The notes under the pieces: model-generated | Database searches by the model: none | The model's input: the letters and a program-made list of their open reading frames with translations, nothing else | What the model was told of the DNA's origin: nothing | Shown: one piece after another, positions 27,601-37,659 of the stretch | How the letters are laid out: each line of letters opens with the position of its first letter | How positions within the stretch are numbered: position 1 is the first letter of the stretch | Program-made: the position numbers and the translations under genes | Source: Octopus sinensis | Lineage: Eukaryota | Direction: 5' to 3' | DNA: 64,000 nt | Assembly: GCF_006345805.1 (NCBI RefSeq) | Contig: NC_043012.1 | Coordinates: 27,528,001 to 27,592,000, forward strand

Positions 27601-27648
<48 letters not shown>

Positions 27649-27649
27649 A

Positions 27650-28911
27650 TACAGATAAGAAAATGGAGAAACACATCTAAATCAAATATTAATTACCAGA
27701 TAATACTCAATCACATACTTTATTAAACCACCACATAAGAGACTGTAGGGTTAAATATAAAAAGCAGAACAAATCAGTGTACATAAAGGAATGTACATAA
27801 AAAAGTGTACATAAAAGAGTAATGTATAATAAGTAAAATATATATAAAAGAGAATATAAATATAAGTAAATATAAATATAAGTATAGGTTACATCGAGGA
27901 AAATAATGATAATTTTAAATTCAAATCCAATAGTGTATTTATGTCATAAGGAAAATTACTAACTGAAACCCGGACATACATATATACCGCTCTGGATCCT
28001 AATGCAAGTGTTATTAATAATATTATGAATGTTAATAATGATAACATTAATGGTATTGACAACGATAATGATGCTAACTTTAATGATACTTTAGAAATTA
28101 TTATGAAGTAATATAATGTACTATTGACTATGTATATTTGCATCTAGGTACTAATTTGTGTATGTTTATTATCACAATATTAAGTCAAAAAACTGAGACA
28201 TTGAATGTGGAACACATATATATGTTTACTAATTTATATTATTTATTTATATAATTATGTATATGTATATTTTTATATGTATAAGAGTGTGAGTATATGC
28301 ACTCATATGTATATGTCGTATTATGGGTATGCACCCACACCCATGTGGGTATATATGTAGACTGATTTATATTATATTACATAATCTCCGAAGAGGCCTT
28401 ATGATATTTTTGTAAATGTCTCATTTATATCTATATATTGATCAACCATAAAGGGCTAATATTGGTAAAATGAGACATACTTATCTACATGGTCGAAACA
28501 GCTGTAAGGTGTAACCTATACTTATATTTATATTCTCTTTTATATATATTCTACTTATTATACAACATTACTCTTTTATGTACACTTTTTTATGTACATT
28601 CCTTTATGTACACTGATTTGTTCTGCTTTTTATATTTAACCCTACAGTCTCTTATGTGGTGGTTTAATAAAGTATATGATTAAGTATTATCTGGTAATTA
28701 ATATTTGATTTAGATGTATTTCTCCATTTTCTTATCTTGTATTAGTAATTTGTGGTAAATCATTTTACCTTTGCCTATATAATACAGAAAATGAATTGAT
28801 TGCATCGCAATCATTAACATTTATGTATTAACTTTGTTGGGTACTTCACTAGCAGTATTATGGATATATGTTATCCCCTGGAGGGTTGCATTTACAACCC
28901 CTATCTCAATT

Positions 28912-28915
<4 letters not shown>
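27650..28915. repeat. PLE pseudo-LTR family P2 with ~230-bp inverted duplication (27654-27893 vs 28510-28736)
   Basis: Direct reverse-complement match; both ends join (TA)n. Confidence 0.85.
28384..28510 (+). ncRNA. Hammerhead motif, CCGAAGA core variant
   Basis: ATCT-CCGAAGA-GGCC...GGTC-GAAA-C AGCT G-TA-AGGT; palindromic ACAGCTGT in stem III. Confidence 0.6.
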
Positions 28916-28944
<29 letters not shown>

Positions 28945-28950
<6 letters not shown>

Positions 28951-29617
28951 TAATGCAATACGAGAGTATTGCTTTCCAGTAAAGAATAGCCCGTGAGGGA
29001 AAATTATACATAGAAGTAAATATATGGTACAACGAAGTACCGATATTTACTGGAAAATAGTGAACGTAATAAATACGACGCTAATGTATAGCTTCACCGC
29101 GTATGTACTAGCAAAAATGCGTGTGTGCAACAAACTTGAAAAAAATTGTCTTACCTCCAGGGAGAACATCTGAAAGATGAAATACCTAGAAAGGGATAAT
29201 GTGGTACCGGTTTCAGATTTTTCAAGATATGTCTGCACACATTTACTTGATTTATCTTCATCAGCCAACATATACCTCGACAACATTTCAAATGTTTCCG
29301 CATCAATGCCAATACACTCGACTGAAACGCCAAAATGCTGACAGAACGAGAACAGTGAAGAAGTTTCAATAAAAATAGTAATGCAATACGAGAGTATTGC
29401 TTTATCTTGAAAAATCTGAAACCGGTACCACATTATCCCTTTCTAGGTATCTCATCTTTCAGATGTTCTCCCTGGAGGTAAGACAATTTTTTTCAAGTTT
29501 GTTGCACACACGCATTTTTGCTAGTACATACGCGGTGAAGCTATACATTAGCATCGTATTTATTACGTTCGCTATTTTCCAGTAAATATCGGTACTTCAT
29601 TGTACCATATATTTACT

Positions 29618-29620
<3 letters not shown>
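28945..29620. mobile_element. Rearranged non-autonomous element, possibly a Helitron-type 5' end: 31-bp direct repeat + ~215-bp inverted repeat
   Basis: aaatagtaatgcaatacgagagtattgcttt at ~28945 and ~29373; 29015-29230 inverted at 29403-29618; flanked by (TA)n. Confidence 0.55.
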
Positions 29621-29668
<48 letters not shown>

Positions 29669-30648
29669 ATATGTACATATATATATACATATATATATAC
29701 ATATATATATACATATTCATGAGTTTAATTTCTTATAAATGCTAAGACCAACATTTTTATGTTTAAAATTCAGTTATATAATATTCACCGACAAGATAAG
29801 TAACATTTTTTATTTACAATATTATCTAAATTTGAATTGTATTATGTTTGATTATTATTATTGTTGTTAAAATATTAATTTATATATAATTTCTTAATAA
29901 TTATTAGTTACAATATGTTTATCTATTTATTTATTATGTTTATTATTATTTTTATAATGTGATTTAACGTATTACATATAATTTAATTTGAGAAATATTT
30001 TTGTAAGACAATATATTATTTAATAGTTAGGTGGTCCATTTATTACATGGTATTACATTTAAGTAAATAAGTTTAATATTAATAGATATTTTGATCAACT
30101 ATATAATTGAATAATATATTAAATCTATAGATACTACATACATATTAAAAATATAGTTAGTTTATATAATAGGAGTGTATATATTTGAACCATTTTCTAT
30201 TTTTAATTCTAATATTTATAGCTTGTACTAGTATTATGTATATTACTTAACATGAAGTCTTTTTAGTAGACATTACTTAATGAGAATAAGATTTTATTTA
30301 GATGTTTATTAAATAAATAAATTAATTAATTAATAATTTAACTTAATGTATATAGATTAAATTATAGTATTTAGTTTTCACTTAATGTATATTTTGAATT
30401 TTATATATATATTTGTTTTAAATAATTTAATTAATTGTATTTTATTTTCTAGTAATGATATATTATAGTTTATTATTCTTTTCTTATATATGTTAAAATT
30501 TTATTTTTATAGATATAATAAATATTTATACCTCTTTATTCTATTTTATTTACACAAGAATATATTTGTTAAGATATTTCGTATTTTACAAGATTATATA
30601 TGTATATTCATTAATTTATCTAATTAATTATTTTATTATTTTTATCTT

Positions 30649-30731
30649 TAACCTGAAGAGTGACTATATTTATATTGAATTGATTTTACTGTTATCATTT
30701 ATTAAATATAGCCACGAAACACGTGACGTTA
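30649..30731 (+). ncRNA. Hammerhead motif with a damaged cleavage triplet
   Basis: TAAC-CTGAAGA-GTGACTATATTT...AAATATAGCCAC-GAAA-C ACGT G-AC-GTTA; GAC in place of GTC. Confidence 0.6.
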
Positions 30732-31221
30732 TTCTACCAAATATACGTTTTATTTATTATTTTGCATATTACTTAATCATTGGTATATGTTTTATCTTAC
30801 ATTTAATCTTTCTATAAGATGTAATTTTTCTAAATGGTATAATTTAATTTTTTCATTACTGAATCGGTAAAAGGTGGTTTTTTTTTCTAATTTATATATA
30901 TATATATATTATATTTTGCGAAATTTGATTTAGTATTTCTAAATCGAATTTTTCCCTGTAAGTTTGGAATAATATTCCCTCATATTATTATTATATATAT
31001 CTATATATATATATATCTTTATATATATATACACACACACACACACATATATATATATGTACATAATCAAATGTTATTCTTTAATTGTGATTTATTCTTT
31101 TATTCTCTTGCTTGTTTCAGCCTGGTGCAGCCTTCTGGCTTGCCAGTCCCCAGTCAAACTGTCCAATCCATGCCAGCATGGAAAGTGGACGTTAAGTGAT
31201 GATCCCCATATATATATGTAC

Positions 31222-31291
<70 letters not shown>

Positions 31292-31383
31292 TATAATATA
31301 TTTGAGACAAAACCACTATTTTAAAATCAAACAAGGAAAGACTTAATCAATACATAAAATTTTAATATAAATTAAATAAACCG

Positions 31384-31427
31384 CCACTACAATTGTTTCA
31401 TGTCTGCTACCGACATTCTTCAGGTGG
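31384..31427 (-). ncRNA. Intact minimal type I hammerhead ribozyme motif (44 nt)
   Basis: CCAC-CTGAAGA-ATGTC GGTAGCA GACAT-GAAA-C AATT G-TA-GTGG: all core bases, three stems, palindromic ACAATTGT. Confidence 0.85.
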
Positions 31428-31689
31428 ATTTTCGATCTTCTAATCAGTATCAAATTATATATATATATATAGGGGTATAAAAGGTATTGGTATCAGGAAG
31501 ACCCAAAAGGTATCGGGTAAAAGCTAAGTAAGTGCTATGGACAGACCATGGTTAAGCTCCAGGCTCAATATTGATTAGAATGAGGAATCCAACGTGGGTC
31601 ATGTATTAGCATGCATATGTATCAACTGACAGAATGAGATTAAAAAAATCCAAGGCACTAAATAGATTTCATAATATTTATCAAGAAAA

Positions 31690-31738
31690 GTTCTTAACGC
31701 TGTTTCCGGGATATTTTATATATCCCTTCATCAGAAAC
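31690..31738 (-). ncRNA. Degenerate hammerhead motif
   Basis: GTTT-CTGATGA-A GGGATAT ATAAA ATATCCC G-GAAA-CAGCGTTA-AGAAC; stem III imperfect. Confidence 0.5.
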
Positions 31739-31888
31739 AGTGCGAGAAATGTTTGAGTATTAATTATTGTAGGCAAGATATGAAATACAGAGGGAAGTAA
31801 GAGAATGAATATAGAAGTGAGATAGTTAAGGATATTGTATTTGCAGTACCATTATTCAAGTAGAATGGTTTATATAATGGTGAAAAAA

Positions 31889-32077
31889 AAGGGTGGATGC
31901 TACTGTAGCTTGTATCCCCAGGAGGACACCTCCTCCAGCTGGCTATTGACACACTATCTGTGCCGTATCAGTATTTGCAAAGGGAAGCCATCCTTCCCAT
32001 CTCCAACCTGGCATGATACACATGGACTCGAGTTTCTGATGAAGGTATTGACCCATCATCAATGTGTGACAATCACC
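31889..32077 (-). repeat. Hammerhead-bearing repeat R, copy 1 (directly after the Tx1 ORF2 3' end)
   Basis: Reverse complement of 35243-35430 and 37348-37535; degenerate hammerhead at 32019-32068 with palindrome ACTCGAGT. Confidence 0.85.
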
Positions 32078-35000
32078 AGTTTTTTATTATGATAAAAATT
32101 ATCATACATAGAAGGGACAGCACGGGACACTACAAACATTTAAAGGAATCGCTCAGCGAGTTATAAATAATCATTTTTTAAAAATGTATTTATATATTAT
32201 AAAAGTTAATTTGGTTTTGTCCAACTTTTAGCTTGTTGTCCAGTGACTACACCTTACTTTTACCATTGGAGGGATTAAGAAGGGACATTCATTCCCAACT
32301 TCCTTGCCACATCCGTTCATCTTTTCTCATACACGCTTCTTGACAGGTACCTCCTCTCCAGCTCTATCTTGCTTTTCATGTGATACTTGAAGTATTGTAG
32401 CATTCCAGTGCCAGAGATGAATGTTCCTGTCTTGATCCCTTGCATTCTAGTTCTCCATGCACACTCATTACCGCGACTGTACATAGAAAACAAGCCTCAC
32501 CTCCTTTGGATAATCCGATGGGTGGTACACTTTTAATCACAGACTCAGCTGATAGCTGTACTCTTCCTAGATGTGACAGTACGTGTTCTATGTAAATTGT
32601 CAACTCCGAAAGTTGAGCACACTGTACAAGAGCATGCAGGATAGTTTCCTTATCCTGCCTGCACTTTGGACATTCTGCTGGCACTGACAATCTATGCCTA
32701 GACAATTTCTTGTGAACAGGTAACACATTCCTAAAACACTGCCAGGTCAGGGATCTTTGGTAGTTATCCAAATACCCTGCCCTGAAAGTGTTCTGAAACA
32801 GTTTAGATAGCTGGTTCTCATCAAGCTCCAGAGTCTCTCCTAGCATGTCGTCACATTTGTACTCTTCCAAACCTTTATAAAATGTAGAGGTGGTATTTCC
32901 ACTGCCAGATTTACCCGCCTTGTGGATTAGCACAAGTGCCTGCTGACATTCCTTTTGCTATTCAGTCGTGTTTTGTCTTTTAATCAAACTGGGTGTAAAT
33001 TCCTCCAAGGATGCTGGTCGTGGAAAGAATTCCTCTGTGAGCGAATTCTACACCAGACCACCAGCCAGTAAAGCCAGGGATGCCTTAGTCTCAGTGCATG
33101 TTGGCACATCAGCCACCACGGCATCCCTAGGCCACCCTTTAACGGCTCTTGACAGCACACAGAGCACCTCACAAGTGGTTTCCCCTCCACAAAAAGCAAA
33201 AGAGAATTCGCACCAGCTTGCATAGCCATGAATCGGGGAAAGCCATGACGGTCAGACGGTAGGTGATATCAGACGCAATAGACATCTGCACCACCTCTGC
33301 CCTCCCTTTCAGGCACAGCACTCTTTTGGACCAGGTCCAATTTGTGCTTCTACCCTGTCCATCACCTCACTCCAATTCTTCTCCATCTGGGAGTCCAGAC
33401 CAAACCAAACTCCAAGCAACTTAACAGAACCATCTGTCCAGTGCCCTACCACACTGGACGTAATTGGCTTGCTGCTCCAGGTGTCGAGCCACAAACTGAT
33501 GGACTTGTCCTTGTTAACTTTTGTTCCTGCTACCGCCTCGTATCTTCTGATTGTCTCCACTACACGAGGTAGCTGGGTCATCTGCATATGCAGAGACACT
33601 CTTATCACATCCAATTTCATTAGGGGTGCTTCCTAAATTTTCCAACTTTTGCAGTAATAGCTCGAGAGTCAGCATATACAGAAGCAAAGACTGGGAGCAT
33701 CCCTGATGAACTGAACGTTTTACCTTGTACAGTTCTGACAGGTAACCGTTCAATTGAACTGTGGATTTGATGCCACTATAAATGGCCTTGATCCAACCGC
33801 AGAAATCAGGGCCTAGCCCAGCCAACTCAAGGATTGCTTCCAGGTACCGATGATCAACCCTATCGTAAGCTTTACTTTGGTCTAGATGAACCAGAGCCCC
33901 ACCTTTACCGGATACTTTACCCACCCTGTCTAAGGTGTAGTGTAAGAAATGATGATTGTCCTGGATTGACCTGCTAGGAATGGCACATGTTTGCGCCTTC
34001 CCTACAAGTTTCTCAATGACACGTGTCAACCTTTTTGCTAACACCTTAACCAAAATCTTTAACTCTACATTCAGTGGAGTTATGGGCCTGAAGTTACTAA
34101 TATGATCCCCCTTGCTTGGGTCTTTTCTGACTAGCGTCACTACTCCCTGACACACAGAGCTGGGAATTCCCCCATTCTGTTGCCAGTTTGTGTATGTGCA
34201 AGCCAGCAAGTGTCCAAACAAGTCCGGCATACTACTGTCAAACTCGTAGGGTAGACCCTCCAATCCCGGAGACTTGTCCCGGGTGCATTCGGCTCTTCAC
34301 AACACCTTGCCTCCAGTGCCGAGAGTCACGGTCCATCAGCCAGGAATTCCCTTAAGGGCTCCCCATGGTCCAACACCTCGCTCATCCCAAACAGCTGGGC
34401 AAAATGCTGGTGAAATGCCTTCTGCATCTCCTCCTGTCCTTTGATCGTATGTCCCTGTTCGTCTATTAAAGACTGTACAGAGACTTCTCTGCCTCTCCTA
34501 CTCTCCACACAATGGGCCCATCCAGCAACGTTAATGCCTTCTCTACCCACTGCGCGTACCTTAGCCCTGACTCTACACCCTTCATGTTTGGCTTTGAGAT
34601 GACAGTGTAATACCACTCTCACTGCCAATACTCTGGATGCAGAGCCAGATGCCATGGCCTCCTCTATTTCCTTAATTAGCTGCCCTTCTATTCTAATCTT
34701 CTCTAAACTTAGCTCTCTACTAAATCTAAGAGAGTATGAATGAATGGCTCGCTTGAGGGTGCACCACTATCTATTATTAACGATGGCTCCGCATAATGCC
34801 CTCTGAACTAACTCCTTAACCGGGGTACAGAAGACTTTACCAGTCAAAATAGACTTGTTCATCTTCCAGTATCCTGGTCCCTGTCTACGGCACTTAACTA
34901 GGTGTACCTTGCACGTCACTAATTTGTGATCCATGTTGGAGGTACAGTAAAAGTGTGGACAACTAACTGTGTGTATATCTCTATCTCTTATGACTATCCT

Positions 35001-35149
35001 ATCTAAGTAAGACCTGTGTGAACCGTCGTTATTAGACCACGCCTACTGTGGAATGAGCGGTTCATCCAGTCTGTACCGATCTACTAGTTAATAGCTTGCT
35101 AGTAGTCTTTTTAGGCCAGGACTTCCCTTCCTATTGATTGAGCCCACAC
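32078..35149 (-). mobile_element. L1/Tx1-clade LINE ORF2, 5'-truncated within EN and decayed; 3' UTR with AATAAA
   Basis: SYLDR..DHK..GPGYWKMNKSIL (EN), NFRPITPLN, LDQSKAYDRVDH, SVHQGC, SAYADD (RT), CPKC..ETILHALVQC (CCHC); stop at ~32275. Confidence 0.9.
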
Positions 35150-35611
35150 TATCCTTAAGGTTAGATTCTACTGTAGCTTGTAGCCCCTGGAGGACACCTC
35201 TTCCAGCTGGCTATTGGCACACTATCTGTGCCCTATCAGTATTGTCACACGCTGATGACGGGTCAATACCATCATCAGAAACTCAAGTCCGTGTGTATCA
35301 TGTCAGGTTGGAGATGGGATGGATGGCTTCTTTTTGCAAATACTGATAGGGCACAGATAGTGTGTCAATAGCCAGCTGGAGGAGGTGTCCTCCTGGGGCT
35401 ACAAGCTACAGTAGCATCCACCCTTAAGGGTTAGCCACAATTAAGTGGCAAATATACTTCACAAAGTCGTGCAGCTACTGTTTATACCTCGATCAAGATT
35501 TATTATTGCTTGTTTACACTTTTTTGTGATCAGTGACTTTTCGTCATTGGAAAAAGGATATATGTATTTGCATTGGGATAGCACTTGACATCGACTATTG
35601 GTGATTGTCAC
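35150..35611. repeat. Repeat R: inverted partial (35150-35242) + full ~360-bp unit with hammerhead at 35246-35295
   Basis: Hairpin arms 35150-35242 / 35339-35430; CACACG-CTGATGA..GAAA-C TCAA G-TC-CGTGTG; unit ends at a new GGTGATTGTCAC (35600-35611). Confidence 0.85.
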
Positions 35612-37347
35612 TCCTCTGTGTTTTTTAGAAAGTGAGGCTGACTCAATGTGAAGCCGCCATGTTGGGTGGAATGAAGAAAGCAGATGAAATGAAGATGTAT
35701 GCAGAGGCTGCGGAAATGCGGGACGCCAAGAATGCATGTGGACTGAAGGAGGAACAAATGGAATGAGATGTAAAGAAATTGAAAAACTACAGCAGTATGG
35801 TGGAAGTTGAAGAAACACAAGTAAGACTAGTCATGCCTGAAGAAGTGATGAAGAAAATTGAGAAGAGAACTGTAATTTTTCGAACGAAAATAGAAGAGCG
35901 GAAAGAGCTCCAGAGGAAATAGAAAAACTAATTATGAGCAGCATTGAAGAGAAATAATCTTCCTCAATAGAGGAAATGAATACAAGACAGTGGCAGCCAT
36001 ATTCAAAAATGAAGGAGATGCAGTGACAAATTGTAAACATGTGATAGAAGGGAAGAAGTAGTTGCTATTGCCTAGCAGTCCAGGGAAGACATTGATAAAA
36101 ATTAGAGTGGGAAGAGTACCTCCAATGACAGAACCGGAGTGGGTAATGGTGGCCATTTTTGGCTTGAAGCAGCAAAAAGGAAGCCTAGAATTGGAGATTC
36201 AGCTAGTAAGCAGAACTGTATGCCAGAATTTCTTGGGGTACGGCATTGAAATAATCAAAGCCGTAACCCCAGAATATTACAAGGAAGTGCCCAAAGCGAT
36301 AGAGATGCTGATGGGAGTGAGAGTGGATATAATACTTACGGGAAGACTAGCCAGATGTTATAGGTGCAGCCTAAGGGGGCACAAAAAACAAAAATTGTGG
36401 TAAATCAGCTGAGGAGATAGCAAGAGAAATACATGAAGAAATAATGGAAGAACAAAGGAAAAGAGAACTGGCAGAAAAAGAAAAACTAGAAGAGACAAAA
36501 AGCAGAAAGCGTGAAAGAAAGAAGTCACCAACAATAGCAGAAATAAAAAGGAGCAAGGGTATGGAAGAAGAAATGCAACAAGAAACAGAAAACGTAGAAG
36601 AACCAATAACAGAGATATCAGAAGGGGAGGTGGAAGTACAAACGATGAGGAAATCGCGCAAAAGAGCCAAGAGGTGTATAACAGAAGGAAGGTGAGGAAT
36701 TGCAGTCGGATGGAGATGCAGACAAGCAAGTATGTGAAAAAATACAGACAATCAAATTACAGTGGAGAGGAGAACTAGAACAACAAGGAAATAGAATATG
36801 AAAGAAACACCGAGGAAAACAGAAACATGGAGAAAAACATAGAGATAGGATGATAAACTATGGAAATATTACAACTGGAAAAAAAAAGAATGTGAACATT
36901 GTAAAATATGTTAAACAAAAAGAAAATAATGGAAAAAGAACTGATGAATGGACAAGTAATTAAAAGTTGTAGAAAACAAAAGAAAAAATATTTAATTTTC
37001 GGTTGTAAAAGGACATATATGAACGGTTAAATTAAAGAAAAAAAATGAAAGGAAAGGTCACAGTTTCGCATTGTAGCAAAACTAGATGTAGTTTTAAAGT
37101 TAATTGTAAAGTCTAATTGTTAAGTTAATTGTAAAGTTTCATTGTATGTTTAATCGTAAAATCTAATTGTAAAGTTTATTGTGAACGTTTTCACGGTTCA
37201 TCTTGCAGCGTGGACGAGGTGGCCGTCTCATTTGCATCATATCATTTCATTTCATTTAGCATTTTTCGTCCGTCTTTATGTTCCTTCATGTCTGTTGTAT
37301 ATCACTTCTATATAATCAGGCCTTGTGCCTATAATAAAGAGATAACC
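35612..37347 (+). mobile_element. ORF1-only LINE-like module (gag-like zinc knuckle + charged tail), decayed
   Basis: GCCGCCATG start at 35659; CYRCSLRGHKKQ(N)C knuckle with a 1-nt frameshift; Glu/Lys-rich C-terminus; AATAAA near 37333; flanked by GGTGATTGTCAC at 35600-35611 and 37348-37359; no EN or RT seen. Confidence 0.7.
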
Positions 37348-37560
37348 GGTGATTGTCACATGCTGATGACGGGTCAATACCCAGAAACTCAAGTCCATGT
37401 GTATCATGTCAGGTTGGAGATGGGAAGGATGGCTTCCCATTGCAAATAATGATTGGGAACAGATAGTGTGTCAATAGCCAGCTGGAGGAGGTGTCCTCCT
37501 AGGGCTACAAGCTACAGTAGTGTCCACCCTTAAGAGTTAGCCACATTTAAGTAGCAAATA
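37348..37560 (+). repeat. Repeat R, copy 3, with hammerhead at 37357-37401
   Basis: CACATG-CTGATGA-C GGGT CAAT ACCC A-GAAA-C TCAA G-TC-CATGTG; truncated by (TA)n. Confidence 0.85.
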
Positions 37561-37659
37561 TACATACATATATATAAATATATATATATATATATGTATA
37601 TACATATATATATATACATATATATATAGCAATTAAATATATATACATATATAGCAATT

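Noticed and set aside
29720-30640. NUMT call
   Set aside because: No mitochondrial protein, rRNA or tRNA motif recognised; left as an open finding.
35222-35240. Short resemblance to U2 snRNA (tatctgt..tatcagt), the Keno Tx1 target
   Set aside because: Only ~17 nt with mismatches, no other U2 features, and LINE junctions do not map there.
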